A DNA stretch of 64,000 nucleotides from Candidatus Latescibacterota bacterium (GTDB lineage: Bacteria > Latescibacterota > UBA2968 > UBA8231), in assembly GCA_965204725.1 (NCBI GenBank), contig OZ242005.1:416001-480000 (forward strand), in the 5' to 3' direction. The position numbers and the translations under genes were made by a program. Below the pieces are notes generated by a model. It made no database searches, was not told where the DNA came from, and saw only the letters and a program-made list of their open reading frames with translations. Each line of letters starts with the position of its first letter. Within the stretch, counting starts at the first letter, position 1. Shown here piece by piece: positions 10,306 to 21,100 of the stretch.

Positions 10306-13300
10306 CTAATAGGCGACCGCGATGAGGTGGGATCGCCGTTGTCCGACGCGGTCTTCAACGTCGGTATCCACGTCAACTTGGCAAATATAAAGGCCCGGCG
10401 GCACGACGCGGCCCCGGTCGTCCTTCCCGTCCCAAGTAAAGCGCTGGTGACCGCCTTGGGCCGTGCCCGCTAGCCGGCGCATGGGCCGGCCATCAAGCGT
10501 CCATATACGGACGGTCGCCGGCCGCTCGGCATAGACCTTGAACAGGGAAAACTCGATTTGGGCGACGTCGTTTACGAGGTCGCCGTTGGGGGTGAAGGGG
10601 TTGGGCGCGACCGAGAGGTCGGCGACGATTTGCTCCGCGCCGAGCGCGGCGATTGACAGGGTTTGCGACGGCCGCAGTGCGGTTGCGTCGGCCGCGTCGG
10701 CCGGCTGATAGGGCGTGCTGGCCGCTTGGTTGCGCACGGCCACCTTCAGCTTGGTGCCGTGGAGAAAGACTTTGGCCGCAAAGCGCAGGCGCACCAGTCG
10801 GCCTTGGCCGACGACCCACCCTCTGGCCCGGCCCAGCCGGCTGTACTGGGCCGCGCTGAGCGTGTCGCCGGCCGCGTCGAACAGCGTCTGGCTGCCCAAG
10901 CCTACGACCTTGCGGAAGTAGCGCACCGGCCCTTGGGATTCGGGCGGCAGCGCGTCGTAGGTCGCCCGGTCGTCCACTTCTGCACCGTCGTTGCGGAAGT
11001 AGCGCACCGCGCCGCGCACCGCGTCTGGCAGCAGGGCATGTGAGGTCGCGGTCAAAAGCTGACCATCGATACTGGTGGGCACTTCCTCGCCGTCGGCCGC
11101 CGTGCGGAAGTATAGCTGCGGCAGCGTCTCGGCCGCGCTGCTGGCGACCTCCGGGAGGCGCACTAAGAGCGAATCGCCTTGCAGTATGTGGCCGCCGGTA
11201 CTCGCCAAGTCCAAAAGCACTTGCGGCGCGCCAGCAGCAAACTGATCCTCGGTCCCTATCGCCACGTCAATGAGCTGCATATCGAGGCCCGGATCGGCGC
11301 TGATGAGCATCTCGTCGAACCCGAGGCTGCGGATTGCGGCGGGCCGCTCTAGAAACTGGGGTTGGACGAAGACCTCAAAAGTATCCAAAACGCCCACTTG
11401 GGCCTCGGGCGGCCAGACCTCGGCCCGCAGCCCGAGTGCGACCGGAGTGTGCAACTCGACGGAAATGCTCTGCAACGCGGGGCCGACCGCGCGGTCCTCG
11501 CTGAGCAGGCGGGCTTGGATTTGCAGGAACCGGCGCAGGCTGGGCGATGCAACCGGATCGCCGGACCGCTGGTACTGCTGGCTCCAAGCACTCCAGCCCG
11601 GGCCGATGGCAAAGGAGGTATCAATCGGCCCTTTGAGGAAGGCGAGGAGCTTTTTGTGCTCGGCCGCGGTCTTTTCAATGCCATTGCTATCGTAGAAGCG
11701 CACCTGCTGGATGAGTTGGCTGCCCGTGCGGGTGCGAATCTCGACCTTAGTGCCCGGCGGCGTGGCGGCCTCCCAGTGGATCCGGCCCAAGGTCACCAGC
11801 CCGGGCAACTCAATTAGGTTGGACGCCAACTCGACTTCTGCGGGCACGCCCTCGGCAAACAGCATCAGCTCGCTGAAGCGCGACCAGAAGCGGTCCGAGC
11901 GGTTTTCCGTGTCGCCGATGAAGTTGGCCAAGGTCAGCAGGTCGAGGAAGCGCACCTTGCGCACGGGGTCCTGCACATCGTTGAGATAGCCAAAGAACCC
12001 GTTATCGACGTTGGTCACCCGCTCCGGCGGGGTGATGGCGCGCCAGCGCAGCTTGCCTTGGGCGTCGCGTTCCCCGGTGGATGACCGCATCTGATAGCCG
12101 CGGATGTTGCCGCCGATGACGCGAACTTGGTCCAACCACACCGTGCCGCCCATGTCGATGGTCAGGACGTTGGCGCCCGGATTGAGGGGGTCTTGGGTGG
12201 CGTGCGAATAATTGCTGCCAATGTCGCCATCAAAGGCCGGGGTCGGCGTCTTGCCGGCCGAGGTCAGGGCCAAGGTGCCGCCGCCTTCGACCAAGCCGAG
12301 GCCGATGTTGTCGCCCCAGCCCCACGCCTCGACCTCGGCCAAGCGCGGCAATTCTCGGCGGTAAAACTCCCGCCGCCCGCGGCGTTCCTCGGCCAACCCC
12401 TCGTAGGTCTCCGCATCCACCGGCTCTTCGCGGCCGGCAAAGTCGCGCACGAAGTGGACGATGTCGCCGCGTTCACGCGCCGGCAGGGCCTCCCACGCAG
12501 CTTGGTCAATTTGCTCGGCCCGCCCGCCGCGCGTGTCGGTGATGACGATGCGGATGGTTTCGATGATCTTGCCGGTCCAAGCCGGGTCGGCGCTGATTTG
12601 TTGCAGCCTCTTGACGCTGCTGATCCCGCCGGTGGGCACGGTGAGGCCGGGGTTGACCGGCGCGGCAAGGGTCGCGCCCCCGGTTGCGGCTGCACTTTCA
12701 AAGAAGAAGGTGCGCTGCTCAATGTTGGGACCTTCGTGGGGGACGAATAGCTCGAAGTTGACCTTGCGGTCGTCGTTGCGCGATAGCGTCTGGTTCGGCG
12801 CCAACAGGAGGAGGTACTTCAAGAAGGGATCGCCCAAGCCCTCCTCGACGAAGCGCACGGAAATGCCCTCCACGGGAACCGCCCGGCCCAGATCTACCTC
12901 AACCCACCACTGCTCAATGGGGTCGTGCGGGTCAGGCTCCCAAAAGGTAGTTGGATCGCCGTCGATAATGCGGGCCGCCTGTTCGACGTTGGAGCCAGCG
13001 CGGCTGATCCCGGCCCGCACCAAATAGTCGTACACGAACTTTTTCTGGGCGTTTTGGATGGGTTGGCCGAGCACATCGACCTTCAGGGTGCTATCCACGT
13101 TGAGGATGCGCGGGGCTTTGTTGGTGATCACGACCGGCCGGGCGATGCTGGGGTCGGCGAGGATGTTGTAGATCGAGCGCAGATGGCGCGGACGCACCGC
13201 GCCCGAGGGGTCGATGGTCGTCAAGTGTTCGGGTTTTTTCCAATGTTCCCAGTGGCGTCCCGCGACGACGATGCGGTCGTCGTCGATGTCGTACCCTTGC

Positions 13301-13368
13301 TGCGCACGGGCTGGCAGCCCGGCCCACAACAGGCAGGACGCGAGGGCCGCCCATTTTATGGTAGCCAC
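10306..13368 (-). CDS. Large secreted protein with discoidin-like domains and C-terminal TPNGD/FlgD-Ig-type domain
   Basis: 1020 aa; signal peptide; IDGDPTTFW...WVEVDLG, RTRTG, SPSLRRFLQ, PNPFTPNGDLVND, WDGKDDRGRVVPPGLY; ends IAVAY. Confidence 0.85.
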   Translation of the reverse strand: MATIKWAALASCLLWAGLPARAQQGYDIDDDRIVVAGRHWEHWKKPEHLTTIDPSGAVRPRHLRSIYNILADPSIARPVVITNKAPRILNVDSTLKVDVLGQPIQNAQKKFVYDYLVRAGISRAGSNVEQAARIIDGDPTTFWEPDPHDPIEQWWVEVDLGRAVPVEGISVRFVEEGLGDPFLKYLLLLAPNQTLSRNDDRKVNFELFVPHEGPNIEQRTFFFESAAATGGATLAAPVNPGLTVPTGGISSVKRLQQISADPAWTGKIIETIRIVITDTRGGRAEQIDQAAWEALPARERGDIVHFVRDFAGREEPVDAETYEGLAEERRGRREFYRRELPRLAEVEAWGWGDNIGLGLVEGGGTLALTSAGKTPTPAFDGDIGSNYSHATQDPLNPGANVLTIDMGGTVWLDQVRVIGGNIRGYQMRSSTGERDAQGKLRWRAITPPERVTNVDNGFFGYLNDVQDPVRKVRFLDLLTLANFIGDTENRSDRFWSRFSELMLFAEGVPAEVELASNLIELPGLVTLGRIHWEAATPPGTKVEIRTRTGSQLIQQVRFYDSNGIEKTAAEHKKLLAFLKGPIDTSFAIGPGWSAWSQQYQRSGDPVASPSLRRFLQIQARLLSEDRAVGPALQSISVELHTPVALGLRAEVWPPEAQVGVLDTFEVFVQPQFLERPAAIRSLGFDEMLISADPGLDMQLIDVAIGTEDQFAAGAPQVLLDLASTGGHILQGDSLLVRLPEVASSAAETLPQLYFRTAADGEEVPTSIDGQLLTATSHALLPDAVRGAVRYFRNDGAEVDDRATYDALPPESQGPVRYFRKVVGLGSQTLFDAAGDTLSAAQYSRLGRARGWVVGQGRLVRLRFAAKVFLHGTKLKVAVRNQAASTPYQPADAADATALRPSQTLSIAALGAEQIVADLSVAPNPFTPNGDLVNDVAQIEFSLFKVYAERPATVRIWTLDGRPMRRLAGTAQGGHQRFTWDGKDDRGRVVPPGLYICQVDVDTDVEDRVGQRRSHLIAVAY

Positions 13369-13380
13369 GATGACACCTCC

Positions 13381-14982
13381 TTACAGCCGCTCGGCGAACA
13401 AGGCGACTTGGCTTGCGCGCTCGGCGCGTAGGCGTTGGATCAGTTCGTCCATGAGCGCGTCCCGGTTCCTTGCTGTTAGGATGGCCTGCGCCCGCGCCCG
13501 CGCTTGGGCAAAGGGTTGGATGTCGCCGCCCTCCTTGTGGCGCACTCGGAATACGGCAAAGCGATCTAGCACCGCTACCGGCCCGCCCCATTCTCCGATC
13601 TCGGCCGCAAAGGCCGCATCTACGAGCTGGGGATAGCGCGGCCGCACCACCTTGCGCAGACGCAGTGTCCCGTCGTGCGGGTCGCCGTGGGTTTCAACGT
13701 CCGGTCGGGCCAACAGCTCGGCGATGGTGCTGCCGGTTGCGAGGGATTCGCGCAGCGCCTCGGCTTGGGCGCGGCTGGGCGCGAGGAGCTGGTTGATGAG
13801 GACGGATTCGGCCGTGCGGAAGCGCGTCTTGTTCGCCTCGTAGTACGCAACGACGGCCTCCTCGCTGGGGACGGCTCGCACGGCTGTTTCGGCCTTGGTA
13901 AGCTGCTGCAAAACGAGAGTCTTCCGCTCGCGCTCGCGCCACTCGACGAATTCGGCCTCTCGGTCCCAGCCGCGACGCTGGGCCGCCGCGGCCATCAGAT
14001 AGGCCGGCAAGAGCGCGGCGCGGGCCAACGAGACGACCTCGGCGCTGTCTTGCAACGCGGCCTGAAACCCGAGCGAGCGCAGGCCGTAGAGGCCTTCGCC
14101 CACGGAAATCGCCCCGCCGTCAAAGCGGTAGAGGAAAAGCGCGGCGAGCGAGTCGGCGGGATTCGGCTGGGCCAGCAAGGCGTGTAGGCCCTCGCGGTCC
14201 AACCGCAAGCCCAAGGAGCGGCTCAGGGCTTCCACCTCGATTTGCCGGCGACTTTCCCATTTTTCGCGGTACGCCGCGCTGGCGGCTTCCTCTTGGTACG
14301 CGGCCTCGTCGGCCGCTCGGTCTTCGATAAAGCGATAGATTTGCCAGCCGCCCGCGAGCGGCAAAGGCGCGGCAATTTGCCCGACCGGCAGGGCGAGGAA
14401 GGTCTGCGGCGGAATGGCCAAGCGCTGGGCTTGGGTGCGCCCAATCCAGCCGACGACTCCGTCGCCCTGTGGGGCAAAGAGGTCGTTGGCCGCAAAGCGC
14501 TGGGCTAGCTCGGCGAAAGGCTCGCCCTCGTGCAGTGCTCGCAATACGCGGTCCACCTCTTGCTGCTGCCGCACCAGAATCCGCGCCAAGAGCCGCTCGC
14601 GGTCAAAGCCCATATCGACGACGGTGCGCTCTACTTCCTCGGGCGTCACCTCGACTTGCGGAGCGAGCACTTCGGCTTGGTAGCGCTGGGCGAGTTGCTT
14701 GCGGACGAGGGCGTTTAGCGAGTAGCGAACCGCGTCGCTTTGCTCAATCCCGCGAGCGCGGGCCTCTTGCAGCAGCAACTCCTGATCGACGAGGGATTGT
14801 AAGTGATCGCGTGGGTCCTCGCTCTGCAAGCTGGGCGGCAAACGCTCGACAAAGCGCCGGTACTCGGCCTCGGTGAGGGCCACGTCGCCGACTTGGGCCA
14901 CGACGGGATCGTCTGGGGCGCAGCCGAACCAAGCCAAGAGAGCGACAGCGCACCACAGGGAGCGGGGAGTAGCGATAGACAT
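13381..14982 (-). CDS. SurA/PrsA-like parvulin PPIase-type chaperone, probable lipoprotein, internally duplicated
   Basis: 533 aa; lipobox-like WFGC; VAQVG, LVDQELLLQEA, GEPFAELAQRF, YYEANKTRF. Confidence 0.8.
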   Translation of the reverse strand: MSIATPRSLWCAVALLAWFGCAPDDPVVAQVGDVALTEAEYRRFVERLPPSLQSEDPRDHLQSLVDQELLLQEARARGIEQSDAVRYSLNALVRKQLAQRYQAEVLAPQVEVTPEEVERTVVDMGFDRERLLARILVRQQQEVDRVLRALHEGEPFAELAQRFAANDLFAPQGDGVVGWIGRTQAQRLAIPPQTFLALPVGQIAAPLPLAGGWQIYRFIEDRAADEAAYQEEAASAAYREKWESRRQIEVEALSRSLGLRLDREGLHALLAQPNPADSLAALFLYRFDGGAISVGEGLYGLRSLGFQAALQDSAEVVSLARAALLPAYLMAAAAQRRGWDREAEFVEWRERERKTLVLQQLTKAETAVRAVPSEEAVVAYYEANKTRFRTAESVLINQLLAPSRAQAEALRESLATGSTIAELLARPDVETHGDPHDGTLRLRKVVRPRYPQLVDAAFAAEIGEWGGPVAVLDRFAVFRVRHKEGGDIQPFAQARARAQAILTARNRDALMDELIQRLRAERASQVALFAERL

Positions 14983-15019
14983 GACTGTTTGATTTAATCA
15001 ACGGCTAGGCGAGTGTCAA
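14983..15019 (-). promoter_or_regulatory. Candidate sigma70 promoter of the surface-protein operon
   Basis: Perfect TTGACA (15019-15014); weak -10 region TGATTAAAT; ATG 31 nt downstream, no SD. Confidence 0.4.
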
Positions 15020-15092
15020 GTTTTTTGCCGATATGACTAACTGTATGTAATTCTTGGCTTTATTTACAACTCCAGCGGCTCCCACTGCGTCC

Positions 15093-15171
15093 GGGATCGA
15101 GGGCGTCCCGCCCTCAACGAGGGCAAGATGCCCTCGATCCTGAGAGGACGGAGGGCTGGTGTCGTGTAGTA
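15093..15171. repeat. Palindromic repeat family B, copy 1
   Basis: GGGATCGAGGGCGTCCCGCCCTC..GAGGGCAAGATGCCCTCGATCC followed by GGTGTCGTGTAGTA; related copies at 25430, 38374 (inverted) and 59721 (partial). Confidence 0.85.
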
Positions 15172-15189
15172 CAAGCGGCGCATCTACTT

Positions 15190-18100
15190 CTACTTAATCA
15201 GCAGGATGCGCCTAATTTGGGCGTCCTCGCGCAGGCGCAAGCGCACCAAGTACACGCCGCTGGCCAAGGTGCTTGGTGCTTCCCAGCGGACGTGGTACAC
15301 CCCCGCGGCCTGATAGCCATCAACCAAGCGGGCGACGACTTGCCCCAATACATTATAGATGGTCAAGCGCACCGGCTGGCCGTGTGCGAGGGCGTAGTGG
15401 ATCATCGTGCTCGCGTTAAAGGGGTTGGGGTTGTTGAGCAGCGAGGCGTTGGGCGTCCCGGTCGCCTCAGCTGAGGGCATGCCGTCGTCGGCGAGGGTGC
15501 GGGTGGCGATCACGCGCACGGTGTATTGGGTGTCAGCGGCCAGCCCCGGAATGATGTAGCTCGTCGGTATGGGGACGGCGGCTTGGCGAGTGGTGCGGTC
15601 GTAGGCTGCCTCAACTTCCACAGTGCTGTCGGGGACGGTGGCTTGGCGGGTGGCTGGGTCGTAGGCTTGTGCGCCGGTTTTCCACTGCACCTTGTAGCCA
15701 TCGGCGCCGGGGACCGCCGTCCAAGACACGTGCAACTGGCCGACCCCAGCCATCACTTGCACTCCTGTCACCTGTCCCGGAGGGGCCGCCCTCGGCATGT
15801 CTGTCGAGGGGGTCGAGGCCGTGCCATCTCCCGCGTCGGTCTCGGTGGCAATCACCTGCACTGAGTAGGTCGTGCCAGCGGTTAGGTTCGGGATCGTCGC
15901 TGTAGTCGTGGTGCCGCTGATGATGGTCATCTGCCGGACATCGTCGAAGGCTTGGTCGTCGGTTTTCCACTGCACCTTGTAGCCATCGGCGCCCGGCACC
16001 TGCTCCCACGATACGACCAACTGTCCCGCCCTCGGCGTTATCTCCACGCCCGTTACTTGACCCGGGGGCCGCCGCACCAAGACGGTGTAGTATCGTGCGG
16101 TGGTTCCGTCGGAGGCCGTTACCCGGAAGATGATGGCCGTCGTCCCGACAGCCAGATCGACCTGATGGCCGGCCGTTTCGGGGTCGGCATCGTCGGGCGT
16201 GATGATAGCGACTTGGCCGGTGGCGGCGGCAGCCGCGCCCGTCAGGCGGCTCTCGGCGTGAGCTACATCTGCGGTGTAGGTCAGGGTGGTGGGATCAAAC
16301 GCTTCGTTGATCCCGACCGAGAGCTCCTCGGCCGAAAAGGTGATCTCGTTGAGCATGACCTCAGCGGTCGTCACGACAAAGTCCGCGCTCACGCCGCCGA
16401 TGGTGACGGTGGCGATGGTGGTCGTGTTGAAACCGACACTGGCGGTCACTTGGACGGCGACGGTCTGCCGGTTGGTGATCGTCGAGCCGGAAAAGGCGCG
16501 GCCATTCACGACCAAGGAACCGCCGGAGACGGAGATGGATGTGGGCGCTTCGAGGCCGCGGACGGTGATGGCATTGCTGGTGACTGTTGCGCCCGGGTCC
16601 ACTCCGGTTTGCGCCGTGAACGAGAAGGAGCCCGGCGTGGTGTTCGGCGTCCGGGTGGTCACCGAAAAGTCCGCGCTCACCCCGCCGATGGTGACGGTGG
16701 CGGTGGTGGTGGCGGCGTACCGGGAACTGGCTCGGACTTGGACAGCGACGGTCTGCCCGTTGGAGACCGTCGCGCCCGTGAAGGTGCTGCCGTCCACGAC
16801 CAACGTACCGCCCCGAACCGAAATGGACGCGGGGGCTTCGAGGCCGCTTACAGTGATGGCGTTGCTGGTGACTGTTGCGCTCGGCGACACTTGGGTGCGC
16901 GGCGTGAACGAGAAGGCGTCCGGCGTCGTTTCCGGCGTATGCGCGGCTTGGATCACGGCCACCTCAATCGTCTGTTCCGCCTTCAAGGTGCCATCGTTCG
17001 CGGTTACCGTGATCGTGACGTCACCCACTGCCACAGGGCGAATAGTCACTATCGCCCCCGCCACGCCGACGGTTGCAATGTCGGTTTCGCTCAAACGGGC
17101 AGTGTAGGTCAGCGCATCGCCATCCGGGTCGCTGAAGTGGTTGGCCGCGTTGACCGTGATGTTGGGACCGCCCACGGTCAAGGTTTGCGCCGCAATCGCG
17201 CTTGAGGCGACGGGTGCCCGGTTGGGGTCGGCCGTGACGGTGATTGCAACGGTATCCGTGCCATTCGAGTTCCCATCGCTGACTGTTAGGGTAAACGTCA
17301 GCGTCGCATCGGTAGTCAAATCGGGCGCGGTGAACGAGGGCGTCTGCGTCGTCGCCCCTGTCAACGTCACGTTCGGACTGCCGCCCGTCTGAGTCCACAA
17401 ATACGTCAGAGCACCACTCTCCGGATCGCTGCCGCTGCCCGAAAGAGACACCTCCGCGCCTTCGGCCACGGTCCGGTCAGTGCCGGCGTTGGCTGTCGGC
17501 GCGTCGTTGTCCGCCGTGATGGTGATGTCCACCGTATCCGTGCCGTTCAAGGTCCCATCGCTGACCGTCAGGGTAAATGTCAGCGTCACGTTGGCGGTCA
17601 ACTCCGGCGCGGTGAACGAGGGCGTCTGCGTCGTCGCTCCCGTCAACGTCACGTTCGGACTGCCGCCCGTCTGGCTCCACAAATACGTCAAGGCACCACT
17701 CTCCGGATCGCTGCCGCTACCCGAAAGGGACACCGCGTCGCCTTCGTCCACCGTCTGGTCAGTGCCCGCGTTGGCTGTCGGCGCGTCGTTATCGGCGCGG
17801 ATGGTGATTTCTACGGTATCCGTGCCGTTTGAGTTTCCATCGTTGACCGTCAAGGTGAACGTCAGCGTCACGTTGGCGGTTACATTCGGCGCGGTGAACG
17901 AGGGCGTCTGCGTCGTCGCCCCGGTCAACGTCACGTTCGGACTGCCCCCTGTCTGAGTCCACAAATACGTCAGCGCACCACTCTCCGGATCGCTGCCGCT
18001 GCCCGAAAGAGAGACCTCCGCGCCTTCGTCCACGGTCTGGTTCATGCCCGCTTCGGCTGTCGGCGCGTCGTTGTCCGCCGTGATGGTGATTTCTACGGTA

Positions 18101-21100
18101 TCCGTGCCGTTTGAGTTTCCATCGTTGACCGTCAGAGTGAACGTCAGCGTCACGTTGGCGGTTACATTCGGCGCGGTGAACGAGGGCGTCTGTGTCGTCG
18201 CGCCGGTCAACGTCACGTTCGGACTGCCCGCCGTCTGAGCCCATGAATACGTCAGGCCCTGACTCTCTGGGTCGCTGCCGCTGCCCGAAAGAGACACCGT
18301 GTCCCCTTCGTTCACGGTCTTGTCAGTGCCGGCGTTGGCCGACGGCGCGTCGTTATCGGCCGTGATGGTGATTTCTACGGTATCGGTGTCCGTCGAGTTC
18401 CCATCGCCGACCGTCAGAGTGAATGTCAGCGTCGCGTTGGCGAGCAACTCCGGCGCGGTGAACGAGGGCGTTTGTGTCGTCGCGCCCGTCAACGTCACGT
18501 TTGGGCTGCCCCCCGTCTGACTCCATGAATACGTCAGGCTCTGCCCCTCTGGGTCGGTGCCACTACCGGAAAGGGACACCGTGTCGCCTTCGTCCACGGT
18601 CTGGTTCGTGCCCGCTTCGGCTGTCGGCGCGTCGTTATCGCCTCGGACGGTGATTTCTACGGTATCCGTGCCGTTCAAAACCCCATCGTTGACCGTCAGG
18701 GTAAACGTCAGCGTCACGTTGGCGACTACATTCGGCGCAGTGAACGAGGGCGTCTGCGTCGTCGCACCCGTCAAGGTTACGGTCGGGCTGCCCCCCGTCT
18801 GACTCCATGAATACGTCAGGTTCTGACTCTCCGGATCGCTGCCACTGCCCGAAAGGGACACCGTGTCGCCTTCGTCCACCGTCTGGTTCATGCCGGCGTT
18901 GGCTGTCGGCGCATCGTTGTCCGCCACGATGGTGATGTCCACCGTATCCGTGCCGTTTGAGGTCCCATCGTTGACTGTCAGGGTGAACGTCAGCGTCACG
19001 TTGGCGACTACGTTCGGCGCAGTGAACGAGGGCGTTTTTGTCGTCGCGCCCGTCAACGTCACGTTCGGGCTGCCCCCCGTCTGAGCCCACGAATACGTCA
19101 GGGTCTGCCCCTCCGGATCGGTGCCACTGCCCGAAAGGGAGACCTCGGCCCCTTCGGCCACGGACTGGTCATCACCGGCGCTGGCCGACGGCGCGTCGTT
19201 ATCGGCGCGGATGATGATGTCCACCGTATCCGTGCCGTTTGAGGTCCCATCGTTGACCGTCAGGGTAAACGTCAGCGTCGCGTTGGCGAGCAACTCCGGC
19301 GCGGTGAACGAGGGCGTTTGCGTCGTCGCGCCGGTCAACGTCACGTTTGGGCTGCCCCCCGTCTGACTCCACGAATACGTCAGGTTCTGACTCTCCGGAT
19401 CGCTGCCGCTGCCCGAAAGAGACACCGTGTCGCCTTCGTCCACCGTCTGGTCAGTGCCCGCGTTAGCCGACGGCGCGTCGTTGTCGGCGCGGATGATGAT
19501 GTCCACCGTATCCGTGCCGTTTGAGGTCCCATCGTTGACCGTCAGGGTAAACGTCAGCGTCGCGTTGGCGAGCAACTCCGGCGCGGTGAACGAAGGGGTT
19601 TTCGTCGTCGCACCCGACAACGTCACGTTTGGGCTGCCCGGCGTCTGAGCCCACGAATACGTCAGATTCTGACTCTCCGGATCGGTGCCGCTGCCCGACA
19701 GGGACACCGTGTCGCCTTCGTCCACCGTCTGGTCAGTGCCCGCGTTGGCCGACGGCGCGTCGTTATCGGCCGTGATGGTGATGTCCACCGTATCCGTGCC
19801 GTTTGAGGTCCCATCGTTGACCGTCAGGGTAAACGTCAGCGTCGCGTTGGCGAGCAACTCCGGCGCGGTGAACGAAGGGGTTTTCGTCGTCGCACCCGAC
19901 AACGTCACGTTTGGGCTGCCCGGCGTCTGAGCCCACGAATACGTCAGGTTCTGACTCTCTGGATCGGTGCCGCTGCCCGAAAGGGACACCGTGTCGCCTT
20001 CGTCCACCGTCTGGTCAGTGCCCGCGTTAGCCGACGGCGCGTCGTTATCGGCCGTGATGGTGATTTCTACGGTATCCGTGCCGTTTGAGGTCCCATCGTT
20101 GACTGTCAGGGTGAACGTCAGCGTCACGTTGGCGAGCAACTCCGGCGCGGTGAACGAAGGGGTTTTCGTCGTCGCGCCGGTCAACGTCACGTTTGGGCTG
20201 CCCCCCGTCTGACTCCACGAATACGTCAGGTTCTGACTCTCTGGATCGGTGCCACTGCCCGAAAGGGACACCGTGTCGCCTTCGTCCACCGTCTGGTCAG
20301 TGCCCGCGTTAGCCGACGGCGCGTCGTTATCGGCCGTGATGGTGATTTCTACGGTATCCGTGCCATTTGAGGTCCCATCGTTGACTGTCAGGGTGAACGT
20401 CAGCGTCACGTTGGCGAGCAACTCCGGCGCGGTAAACGAGGGCGTCTGCGTCGTCGCCCCCGTCAACGTCACGGTCGGGGTGCCCCCCGTCTGACTCCAT
20501 GAATACGTCAGGGCACCACTCTCTGGGTCGCTGCCGCTGCCCGAAAGAGACACCGTATCGCCTTCGTCCACGGTCTGGTTCATGCCGGCGTTGGCTGTCG
20601 GCGCGTCGTTCTCAGCTTGGATGGTGATGTCCACCGTATCCGTGCCGTTCAAGGTCCCATCGTTGACCGTTAGGGTGAACGTCAGCGTCGCGTCGGTGGT
20701 CACCTCGGGCGCGGTGAACGAAGGGGTTTTCGTCGTCGCACCCGTCAACGTCACGTTTGGGGTGCCCGCCGTCTGGCTCCATGAATACGTCAGGCTCTGT
20801 CCCTCCGGGTCGGTGCCGCTGCCCGAAAGGGACACCGAGGTGCCGTCGGCCACGGTCTGGTTCATGCCGGCGTTGGCTGTCGGCGCGTCGTTATCGGCTT
20901 GGATGGTGATGTCCACCGTATCGGTATCCGTCAAGCTCCCATCGCTGACCGTCAGGGTGAACGTCAGCGTCGCGTCGGCGATTAGATTCGGCGCGGTGAA
21001 CGAGGGCGTTTGCGTCGTCGCGCCCGTCAACGTCACGGTCGGAGTGCCCCCCGTCTGCGTCCACGAATAAGTCAGAGCACTACTCTCCGGGTCGGTGCCG

